Origin: Anaeramoeba ignava BMAN
Lineage: Eukaryota > Protista > Anaeramoebae
NCBI GenBank assembly: GCA_028826165.1
Contig: JAPDFW010000102.1
Location: 62,001-126,000 of the forward strand
Direction of reading: 5' to 3'
DNA: 64,000 nucleotides
In this document: positions 27,275-37,900 of the stretch, piece by piece
Layout: the number at the start of each line of letters is the position of its first letter
Numbering within the stretch: the stretch's first letter is position 1
The notes under the pieces: generated by a model
Databases searched by the model: none
The model's input: the letters and a program-made list of their open reading frames with translations, nothing else
Told to the model about the DNA's origin: nothing
Position numbers and translations under genes: made by a program

Positions 27275-28789
27275 ATGAAAAATTTTCAACTAATAAATTA
27301 TAAATCAAAACCAGTAGTAAAAATTGAAAGAGAACATTTATATTCTTTACAAATAACGGAAAGTTCTAATTTTGGAGAATCGTTAAAAACACCTCCTTTA
27401 GAAGAAAATTTAATACTTGAAATGCTTCCAGAAGAAAGTAAAATTTGAAAATTAAAAAAATTTTTTTTAAATTCAAATTCCCTTTTTTAATTTTAAAATT
27501 TTAAAAAAGTTTTGCTTTATATTTTCCAATATTTATCACCTGGTGAATTAATAAAAGTTGGTTCAACTTGCACAACTTTAAATGAATTATCTGAAGATAA
27601 AAATACTTGGAGAAATATTTCTTATAATTATAATCAGTTTTTCCTTTTTAATAAAGTTGAAGTTCCAAAAAGAAATGAAATTTATGAAGAAAATCGAATT
27701 CCAATTTGTGGAATAATTAAAGAGTCTCAATTGATAACTTATAATATTAATTCAAAACAAAAAAAACCTGAGAAAACAAATTCAGGTTTAACTTCTCTTT
27801 TTAAAAGAAGAGATCAAGATCAAGATCAAAATCAAAATCAATTTGTAAATGAAATTATTTTATTTGATCGAAAAAAAACGGAGAAGAAATTAATTGAATA
27901 CATTGAAAAAATCCCAAATCCAAAAGAAGAATTAATTTCAAAAGGAAAATTAATTTATAATGGAATAAAAGAAAGAAAACAACAAATTGAAAAAAATTTG
28001 AAAAGAAAAGAAGAAAATGCAAAAAAATGGAAAAAAATTGCAAGAATAGATGATTTTTTATTTGGGAATTTAATATTTTTAGGAATAGGATTTGTTGCAT
28101 TTATTATTACACTTAATGTTTATATTGAGAAAAAATTATCATCAAATACTATTTATATTTTCATTCCACTTCTTTTGCCACTATTGGTATACATTGTTCT
28201 GATTTTTTACTCATTAAAACTTGACAGAGAAACAACATTTTTAGTATATGTATTGATGATTACCGTTTTATTTATTCAATTATTATTGATTGGATTAAGA
28301 GCTGATTCAACAATCAAAGGATCTTGGTTATTGATTTTTCTTCCATTTTTCATTTTGATTGGAATTACTATAATTGGAATAATTATTTGGATTTGCAATG
28401 ATCCTGATTCTATAATTGCAACATTATTAATGATTTTTATTATGCTTTTCTTGTTTCTGATGTTTCTTGGATTAAGATTGGATGGAAAAATCAAATGGAA
28501 TTATGGAATTGTTTTTATTCCTTTGTTTTTTATTAATTTATTTCCTTTTTTTATGAGTCTTTCTTTATTTTGTTTGCATCCTCGAACTTATGCTTGTACA
28601 ATTTTCTTTTCTAACATCCTGATTTTCTTATTCATTTCACTTCCAATTTCACTAATTGAAACATTTATTGTTTTGTTTCTTGAAGTTTCAAAATTTAATC
28701 ATATAACTTATGCTTTTGTTCCACTTTATGCTATTTTCAGTTGCTTTCTTTGTTGGTTATTCTATTTTATTCACGATGAATTTTGTTGA
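27275..28789 (+). CDS. F-box/multi-TM copy 9 (intact)
   Basis: Exon 1 from ATG 27275 plus an uninterrupted 425-aa exon-2 ORF. Confidence 0.85.
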
Positions 28790-28931
28790 TTGATTCTTTT
28801 TTTTCCAAATAAAAATAAAATTCAAAAATAATAAAATTCAAAAATTCAAGTAAATTTTGTTTTTTTTTTTTTGAAATCAAATCAAATCAAATCAAAAGAA
28901 AAAAAAATCATGAACCAATTTTTGGAATTGA

Positions 28932-30998
28932 TCAATATAAACTCAATAATTCTTTTTTGTAATGATTCTCAATAAATTTCCTTCTCAATTTCATTGTTGT
29001 TGTCATCATATCATTTTCAACTGAAAAAGGTTCAGTTTCAATGTAAATATTTCTAATAATTTCAAATCCAAATCGACCGGATTCTCTTCCAATTTTTTCC
29101 ATATCTTTGAGAATCAACTGTTTTGTTTTTTCACTTTGAGAAATTCTTTTGAAAAAAGCTTCTGAATCCTCATTCTCTTGTTTCTCGTCCTTAAAATACT
29201 CCAAAACAGTAGTCTTTTCAGGAACAACAACACCAACCAAATAATTTTGGTCTGAATTACCATAAACAAGAATCTGCATAACATATTGAGAGTTTGAATA
29301 AACGCCTTCGAGAACATCAGGAGCGATATATTCTCCTTGTGATAACTTGAAAATATTCTTTTTGCGGTCGATTACTCTGAAATTACCATTTGGAAGAGCT
29401 TCTCCAATATCTCCTGTATGAAACCAACCGTCAACAATGGATTCCTCTGTTGCTTTCTGGTTTTTGTAGTATCCGTTGAACACATTGTATCCTCTCATCA
29501 AAATTTCACCTCTTGGATTTGGTTGGTCATCAACAGTGTAGTTTAATTCGGGAACATTTTCCAGTTTGAGTTCACAACAACAAACAGGAGGTCCAATTTC
29601 TCCATTGGAAAAAACATCTTCAAAAACTTGGACAGTTCCTCCTGCTGCAGTTTCGCTTAGTCCCCATCCTTGGATGAGATGGGGGTTAATCAGGACTTTG
29701 AAGAATTCTTGATGTAAAGGAAGAAGTGCAGCGCTTCCACAAACAATGATATTGATCCTTCCTCCAAGAAGCTGTTTTGTTTTATTGAAAACTAATTTAT
29801 CCCACAAATCATAAGATTCTCCATTTTCAATCGCCTTTTTTTTTGCTTCGTAGGCGACTTGGAAAAGATATCGACTAAAAACACTTTTTTTCTGGAGTCC
29901 TTGTGTGATTTTCTCGTAAACTTTGGAAAGAACACGCGGAACAGTTGTGAATACTGTTGGTTTAACAAGTTGAAGTTCATCAACTAATCTTGTGATATCT
30001 CCAGTGGAAAAACCAATTTTTGAACCATAAGCAATCATAGCATTACAAAGTGTTCTTTCGAAAATATGACTTAGCGGGAGATAACTGTAATAACATTCTT
30101 CATCTGATAAATCATATCCAATATAATAGCATATCGCAACGGCAGCTATCAAGTTCTGATGAGTAGCAAGCACTCCTTTTGGTTGAGAAGTTGTTCCACT
30201 TGTGTAAATGAGAGAACAAAGATCATCCTCTTTCTGGGGTTGATGAGGATGTTCCTTCGTTTTTCCTGATTCGAAAATGTCTTGGAATTTGTAAATCTTG
30301 ATGTCATGTGAAAGCAAAAATTTGATATCCTCATTTTCCTTCAAGAAACGATCGAGATCATCCTCAGGATTATCAAGAACAATGATTGATTCCAAAGATG
30401 TGCATTTTTCGCATATTTGCTTGAGTTTAGGGATGTTGATGGTTTCTGTGATCACTGTTCTGCATTCCGAATGGTTGAGAATATAAAGAATATTCGGGAT
30501 GCCAAAAGTATGATATAACGGAACTAGTAAAAATGAGTAAGCATAAGAAGCATGTTCAGCAAGAACCCATTCATATCTATTTTTAGCAAAAATTCCAATT
30601 TTATCATCTTTTTTAATTCCGTAGTTGATCAATCCACTTCCAAAAAAAGTTCTTTCTTCGCAGAATTTTTTATAAGTTTTCCATTCATAATCTTCATATT
30701 TCTTAGTTTGTTTGTTGTATTTTCTTGTTCCAAAGACTTCATGATCAGAAAAAGTTCTTGTTGTTGTTTCAAGATTTTCATATAAAGTTGAAACTGAGTC
30801 ATTCCATTTACTAATTAGTTCATCTTTGCAAAGATTGGATCGATAAATTGTTTCCCCATCTTTTTGATAGTTCCATGAATAACATCTTTTACCTTCTTTT
30901 ATATCTACTCTTGGGTATTTTTCTACAACATATCCTTGAACTCTATTTCTTTTCGATCTTATTGGTTTTTCTATTTGATTAAATTCATTATTCCCCAT
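28932..30998 (-). CDS. ACSL: Long-chain fatty acyl-CoA synthetase (eukaryotic ACSL/LACS type), intronless
   Basis: YTSGTTSQPKG, YLPLSHIFER, QGWGLSET, PRGEILMRG, GWFHTGDIG, IDRKKNIFKLSQGEYIAP. Confidence 0.95.
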   Translation of the reverse strand: MGNNEFNQIEKPIRSKRNRVQGYVVEKYPRVDIKEGKRCYSWNYQKDGETIYRSNLCKDELISKWNDSVSTLYENLETTTRTFSDHEVFGTRKYNKQTKKYEDYEWKTYKKFCEERTFFGSGLINYGIKKDDKIGIFAKNRYEWVLAEHASYAYSFLLVPLYHTFGIPNILYILNHSECRTVITETINIPKLKQICEKCTSLESIIVLDNPEDDLDRFLKENEDIKFLLSHDIKIYKFQDIFESGKTKEHPHQPQKEDDLCSLIYTSGTTSQPKGVLATHQNLIAAVAICYYIGYDLSDEECYYSYLPLSHIFERTLCNAMIAYGSKIGFSTGDITRLVDELQLVKPTVFTTVPRVLSKVYEKITQGLQKKSVFSRYLFQVAYEAKKKAIENGESYDLWDKLVFNKTKQLLGGRINIIVCGSAALLPLHQEFFKVLINPHLIQGWGLSETAAGGTVQVFEDVFSNGEIGPPVCCCELKLENVPELNYTVDDQPNPRGEILMRGYNVFNGYYKNQKATEESIVDGWFHTGDIGEALPNGNFRVIDRKKNIFKLSQGEYIAPDVLEGVYSNSQYVMQILVYGNSDQNYLVGVVVPEKTTVLEYFKDEKQENEDSEAFFKRISQSEKTKQLILKDMEKIGRESGRFGFEIIRNIYIETEPFSVENDMMTTTMKLRRKFIENHYKKELLSLY

Positions 30999-31075
30999 AA
31001 TAATCGTAAATAAAGCCTAAATCAAACAAAAAAAAAATAAATTTAAGTTTTTTTGTAAATTAAATTTAAATTTTT

Positions 31076-31106
<31 letters not shown>

Positions 31107-31159
31107 TAAATCCATTTTCTTTTACTTTTCATTTTCATTTTTTCTTTCATCAATAAATT

Positions 31160-31268
31160 CCAAATTATAACTTAAAAAATTAAAATTATAACTTAAAAAT
31201 AAAAATTATAACTTAAAAATTTAAAATTATAACTTAAAAATTTAAAAATATAACTTAAAAATTTAAAA
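31160..31268. repeat. ~21-bp tandem repeat (AAATTATAACTTAAAAATTTA-like, ~5 copies) in the divergent promoter between ACSL and ANK-BTB
   Basis: Visible tandem units ending directly at the ANK-BTB ATG. Confidence 0.7.
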
Positions 31269-34200
31269 ATGAGTTATTTTTCAAAAGTAAATTTTTTTCT
31301 TCTTTTTTTTTTCTTCTTTTTTTTTTATTAAAATTCTTTTTAAAAAAGAGAAATCAATTTCCTTTACATCAAGCTTGTCAAAAATCTAATTATAAAGAAG
31401 TTTCAAATTTAATTGAATCTGGAAAAAATGTTAATCAACTTGATGTATAATTTAAATATAAAAAAATAATATTTAAATATAAAAAAATATAAAAAATTAA
31501 TTATAATTTAAATTTAAAATGAATTTTAGAATGTAATTTTAATTAAATTTATAATTATAATTCAATTTATAAATGAAAAATATAAAAAAAATAGAAAGTA
31601 AATTTTTAAATTAAAAAAAATTTTAATAATTTTATAGACTTGTTTTTATCATTATTAAAATAGACAAAATCACCTCTTCATTATGCATGTGAAAATAAAT
31701 CATTTAAAATTATAAAATTATTGATAAATTCAAAATCAAATTTAAACCAAAAAAATGTATTTCTATTTAAAAAAATAAAAACAAAAATAAAATTTAATAT
31801 AAAAAAAATAATAAAAATAATAAATTTATTAATTGATTAGCATGTAAAAAAAAAAGAGAAATAATTTCTAAATTTAAAATTCTTAAAAAGTATAATTCAA
31901 TCTTAATTTCATTTTTTTTAAAAAAATAGGAAGTAAATTTTTGTTTTGTTTTTTTTTAAATGAAAATGTAATTTTTTATAAAAAATTTAAAGGGAGAAAC
32001 ACCATTAATTGTAGCTTGTAAATCACATGCAGATTTTAAAGTTATTGAATTATTAATAAAAAATGGAGCAAGTATAAATATAGCAACAGTTAAATATTCA
32101 AAAAAAATTTTATCATTTTTTATTAAATTTTTAGAATGAAAATAAATAATAAATAATAATAAAAAATATAAAAAAATAGAGAGTATTTTTATTTATTTAA
32201 TTAATTAATTTTTCTAATTATTTTATTTTAATTCTTTTTTTTTTTAGAGTCAAAATGTTTTACATTTTGCTTGTGAAAATAATCAGTCACTAAATGTTAT
32301 AGAATTGCTGTTAAATTCTGGAATAAATCCAAATTCAAAAAATGTAAATTAATATTTTAAATTTAAATATTTATTGAATTTAAATATTTATTAATGTAAA
32401 TTATTGAATTTAAATATTTATTAATGTAAATTATTGAATTTAAATATTTTCGAATTTAAATATTTTTATTAATGTAAATTGAATTGAATTTAAATATTTA
32501 TTGAATTTAAATATTTATTGAATGTAAATTAATATTTTAAATTTAAATATTTATTGAATTAAAATATTTTTGAATTAAAATATTTATTGATTTAAATATT
32601 TTTTTGAATTTAAATATTTATTGATTTAAATATTATTGAATTTAAATATTATTTTGAATTAAATATTATTTGATTTAAATATTATTGAATTTTGATATTA
32701 TTGATTTTTGATTTTTAGTCAGTAAAATATTAATTAATAATCAAATTCATTATTTTCATTCTCATTTTTGTTTTTTGAATTTAGAATGTATAATTTCTTT
32801 TTCAAATTCAAAAATATAAAAAGATTTTTTAAATCAGAAAAAAAAAAATAGCAACAAATCCCACTTCATTTAGCATGTAAAAAAAGAAATGAACCAGAAA
32901 TCATTTCTTTATTAATTAAATCTGGATCAGAAGTTAATTCAACTGATGTAATTAATTTTGATTTTTTTATATTTAATTTTTTATTAAAATTTTTTTTATT
33001 TAGTTTGTAAAAGATTTTTTATTCATTCTTTTGTTTATTTTCTTTTTTGAGATTTAATTTGTTTTTTTTTTAAAAAAATTAAGTTGGTAAATCTTTTTTA
33101 GAAAATGAAAGAGAAAAAAAAAAGATTATTAATTGTATTTAAAATTAGAATCAAACTCCACTTCATATTGCATGTCAATCTCGTGTTGAAAAAAAAGTAA
33201 TTGAACTTCTTATTGAAAATGGAGCTGATGTTGATTGTTTTGATGTTTTTATTAAATCTTCTTTTAATTTTTTTATAATTTAATTTAATCCAAATTATAG
33301 AAAGTAATCCATTTTAAAATTATTTTCTTTCTTTCTTTCTTTCTTTTTTAAAATTATTTTCTTTTTTTATAGAATGTTTGATAAAAGTTTTTTTTTTTTT
33401 TAAGATGATTTTTCTTTTAATTTTTTGATAGAATTTTACTCCATTATTTTATGCTTGTAAATACTCTTTAAATACAGATTCAATTAGATATATTTTGGAA
33501 ACTTATAAAGTTTTTTCGGTTAATATTTTTGATGTAAATTTTTAAAATTTTTTTTTTTTTGGAATTTAAATCAAAAATTTTTATTCCATTTTTTTTTAGG
33601 AAGTAAAAAATTTAATTAATTTTCTTCAAATAAATAATAAATAAATAAAATAAATAAATATAAAAGAAAGTAAAATTTTTATATAAAACTTTTTTTTATA
33701 AATAAAATTCAAAATAAAAAATTTAGGAAAGAACTCCACTTCATTATGCTTGCTTATCTAAAGAAGAAGAACTTATTGAATTATTATTATTTTTTGGAGC
33801 AATTACTGATAAAAAAGATGTGAATAAATAGGAAAATAAGATTTATATATTAAATTAAAAATAAAAAATTTACAAATTAGTTTGTAAAAATTAAAAACAA
33901 GAAAATCATTTGCTTTTTTTATTTAATTGGAATAAAAAATAAAAAATAAAAAATAAAGTTTGTAAAAAACAATTTTAATAATAATTTGAATTGGCAAAAA
34001 AAAAACAAACTAAATTTCTTTTTAAAATTAAAAAAAAAAGCAAAAAAAACCACAAGATTATCTTGATAATACAAATATTGGAAGTGAAGTTTTCAATGTT
34101 TATTCAGGAATAATGAATGATATGGAAAAATTATTTGAAAGAAAAGAATGCACAGATTTTGAAATATTTTGTCAAAATGGGAAAATAGAAGTTCATAAGC

Positions 34201-34745
34201 AAGTTTTAATAGCGAGATATGGAGAAGATGTAGAAAATTTAGCAAAGAATTTACAAAGTTTTACAGTTGAAGAAGTGAAAGAATTTATGAGATTAATTTA
34301 CAGTAGTTTTTTATCACAAAAATCAATATCAACAATCCAAAAAATAAGTTCCCAATTAGGATTTTTTTGGAAAGATAAAGCAAGTATTGCCGGATTAGTT
34401 AGAGATTTAAGTAAATTTTGGGAAGATGAAAAAAGCAAAGATTTCACAATTAGTTTAGAAAATGAAAAGTTTGTTAGAGTTCATAAGTTTATTTTGTTGG
34501 CTCGAAGTGAATTGTTTAGAGGAATGTTTGTTTCTGTTATTGATGATTCTAATTCTGTTCCTGATTATAGTGGAAGATCTTATGAAACAATTAAAGAACT
34601 TATTAGATATTTATATTTTAATGAAATTCAATTTGATTGTCCAGATTTTGTTTTAGAAGAATTAAAAGAAGCTCAAGATTTTTATCAATTAAATGATTAT
34701 TTTCTTTATGAATTAAAAAAAGCAAATAAAAAAAGAAAAATTTAA
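31269..34745 (+). CDS. Ankyrin-repeat (7 repeats + terminal half) + tandem BTB/POZ protein, 23 exons including 14 single-codon microexons
   Basis: Large exons 31269-31286, 31349-31444, 31664-31756, 31993-32088, 32248-32343, 32852-32947, 33149-33244, 33432-33533, 33727-33819, 34041-34745, all phase 0, with TPLH-like motifs. BTB motifs TDFEI..VHKQVLIAR and KDFTI..VHKFILLARSELFRGMF. Confidence 0.88.
31530..33961 (+). other. 14 three-nucleotide microexons (7 pairs) of the ANK-BTB gene
   Basis: AG|NNN|GT at 31530 AAT, 31596 AAA, 31841 CAT, 31930 GAA, 32135 AAT (GA donor), 32180 AGA, 32719 TCA, 32785 AAT, 33004 TTT, 33084 TTG, 33301 AAA, 33373 AAT, 33600 GAA, 33667 AAA, 33881 TTT, 33959 TTT. Note this list gives 16 sites over 8 junctions when the junction to the BTB exon is included. 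Confidence 0.85.
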
Positions 34746-34926
34746 TAAGAAAAAGCAAATAATTTTTTTGTTTTTTTTTTTATTATTTTTTTTAAAAAAA
34801 TTATTATTATTATTATTAAATCTCTGTATAAAATTTTCAAGATAAAAAAAAATAACAAAAACAATTTGATGAAAAGAAAAAAAAATATAGAAATAGAAAT
34901 AGAAATAGAAAATAAATTATATTTGA

Positions 34927-37900
34927 TTATAATTTAGATTTAATATCTTCAATCATTTTCAAAACTTGGTCTATTGTAGGTCTTTTTTTAGGGTCAATTC
35001 TCCAACATTGTTGAATAACGGAATTAAAAATACCGTTTTGAGGAAGATCTAAACGTTTATTTTCAATGGCAACTCTTTTTGTTAAAATTGCAGCACTTAA
35101 TCCTTCAAAAGGAACTTTTCTTGTTTGAATTTCCCACAAAATAATTCCAAGTGAATAAATATCAGCGGGAAAAGAGTAATTATCGCCATACATAATTTCA
35201 GGCGCCATCCAATTAAAAGTTCCAACCATTGAATTTAAATGTGTTCTTGATTTATCGATTGTTCTTGACAATCCAAAATCGGCAATTTTGGCAACGCCGA
35301 ATTCATCTAATAAAATATTTGGTGATTTCAAATCACGATGAATAATCTTATATGCGTGAAGATAATATATTCCTTTTGTGATATCCATTGCAAGTCGAAG
35401 CTGTTTTTGTTTGGGTAATTCTTGCGCTTCGCTTTGCAAATAATCAAATAAATTTCCTTGATGACAAAATTCAACAATAATGCATAAATTGGGTTCTTTA
35501 GTGCATGCTCCAAAAAATTGCACTATGTTTGGATGAGCCAATTGGCTTAGAATTGATAATTCTGTTTTAAAATCGTTCATTTCCAATTCGGACATACTTT
35601 CCGAAAATAAAAGTTTCATCACTGCAACATCAAGTCCAAGCCAAACCCCTTGGAACACTTCCTTGAATGATCCTCTTGCAATGAATTTTTTTAAAATTAA
35701 CGATTCAAAATCAATTTCTTTGTTGATTTGTATTGGTTGATAATTAAAATTTATTGTGGATATTTTGTTCGGTGTTTTGGGTGTTGCATTGATGTTTTCA
35801 ATTGGTTTTGAATTTGTTTGTCCGCTGTCGCTATAATTTGAATGTGAATTTGAATTTGAATTTGAATCCGTGTTTGATGATATTAAATTTATGCTTATAT
35901 TCATTTGAGATTTGGAGTTTGTTCGACTTTCTTGATTTCCAGATTTCGATGGAATATAACTTTTTATAAATTCTACTATTTCTGGACTTGCTAAATCTTC
36001 TGGTTTTTTATGCTAATTATTACATTTATCAATATTTTTTTTTAAAATTAGAAAAAAAGAAAATATAAGACAAAAAATATTAATTTTTTTACATTCTAAA
36101 TCAAAATCAAAATCAAATTTAAAATCAAAATTATTTGAATTTTTTATTTTTTGATTTTTACAGTCTTATTTTTTTTTTATAAAAATAAGATTTCTCTTCT
36201 TCTTCTTCTTTTTTTTTTTTAAATTTGATTTATTTTATTTTACTGTTAATAAAGTTTTATCAGCTCCATAATCTAATAATAATTTGATTTGATTTTGTTG
36301 AAGTTTAAATTTGCAAGCTAAATGAAGTGGTGTATTTCCCTAATTTTAATTTCAAAATGAATTTTAATTTCAAAATGAATTTTAATTTCAAAATGAATTT
36401 TAATTTCAAAATGAATTTTAATTTCAAAATGAATTTTAATTTCAAAATGAATTTTAATTTCAAAATGAATTTTAATTTCAAAATGAATTTTAATTTCAAA
36501 ATGAATTTTAATTTCAAAATGAATTTTAATTTTCAAAATGAATTTTAATTTCAAAATGAATTTTAATTTCAAAATGAATTTTACACTCTAAATAAAAAGA
36601 ATTTATAATAAATCAATTAAAATTGCTTTTCTCTTCTTTTTTTTTTAAATAATAATTACCATCTAAATTATTAAATTTTTTAATTATTTTTTTAATATGA
36701 ATTTTAATTTTTAATTTTTTACATCTTTTTCATTAATTTTAGAATTTTTTTTTAATAATAATTTAAGAACCCTTTCATCACATTCAGCACAAAGACATAA
36801 TATATGAAGAGGTGATTGCTCCTATTTTTTTTTAAAAAAAAATATCAACAAAAATTTATTGAATAAGTTTAAGATCTTTTTTTTAAAAAAAAAAAAACTA
36901 ATTTTATTTTTACATACTTTTGTTTAAATTTTTTGTTTAATATTTTTTTCTTTACAAATAAAAATTTTTAAAATTTGAAGTTACATTCTTTTTATTTTTA
37001 AAAAAAATAAGAATATTTTTAAATAATTAAATTAATAAAATTGATTTTTTTTTAAAAGAAAAAGAAAAAGAAAAAGAAAATATACATTTTTTATATTAAC
37101 ATCACACTCTAAATCTATTAGTTTAGATATTATTGCATAATTTCTAGGATGATATTTGCATGCAATATGAAGAGGTGTATCTTTCTGTTATAATAAAAAT
37201 AAGGAATAAAATTATCATTATTATCATTTACTTTTTTTTTTTAATATAAATTAAATTTAAAATTCATACAAACTAATTTAATTTTTTATTTATAAAAAAA
37301 TTTAAGTTTAAGTTTAAGTTTTCTTTTCTAATAAAAAAATAAAACATACTATTTTTAAAATATAAATTTAAATATAAATATAAATTTAAATATAAATATA
37401 AATTTAAATATAAATATAAATATAAATATAAATATAAATATAAATATAAATTTAAATTTAAATATAAAATAATACCAGAATTTCTTGCATTAAATTGTGC
37501 ATTTGCTTTTGCAAATAAATCAAAAAATTCAGGTTTAACAAAAGAATTTTTGCATAAAAGATGTAATGGGGATTCTTGCTATAAATAATAAAAAGGATTT
37601 AATTAAAAATCAAATTTAAAACTAAAATTAAAATGTATATACATTCTAATTAAAATAAAATGTTTTTTTTTTAAAATTAATTATTCTATTCATTCTTTTT
37701 TCCAATAAAAAAAATATTCATTTTATATATTTTACCCTCTAAATAAAACATAAATTATTATTATTATTAATAAAAATACAATCTCAAATATTAAATTTAC
37801 ATTTTGAGAATTCACATCAGCATCAGCTAATATTAATTTTTGGATTGAATTTATATCAAGTTCATTATAACAAAGTAAATGTAAAGGTGTTTCATCCTGA

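Noticed and set aside
31638-31641. TAG-ACTT-GT as a third microexon
   Set aside because: 4 nt would shift the frame, the following intron would be ~22 nt, and the repeat is already complete with two codons.
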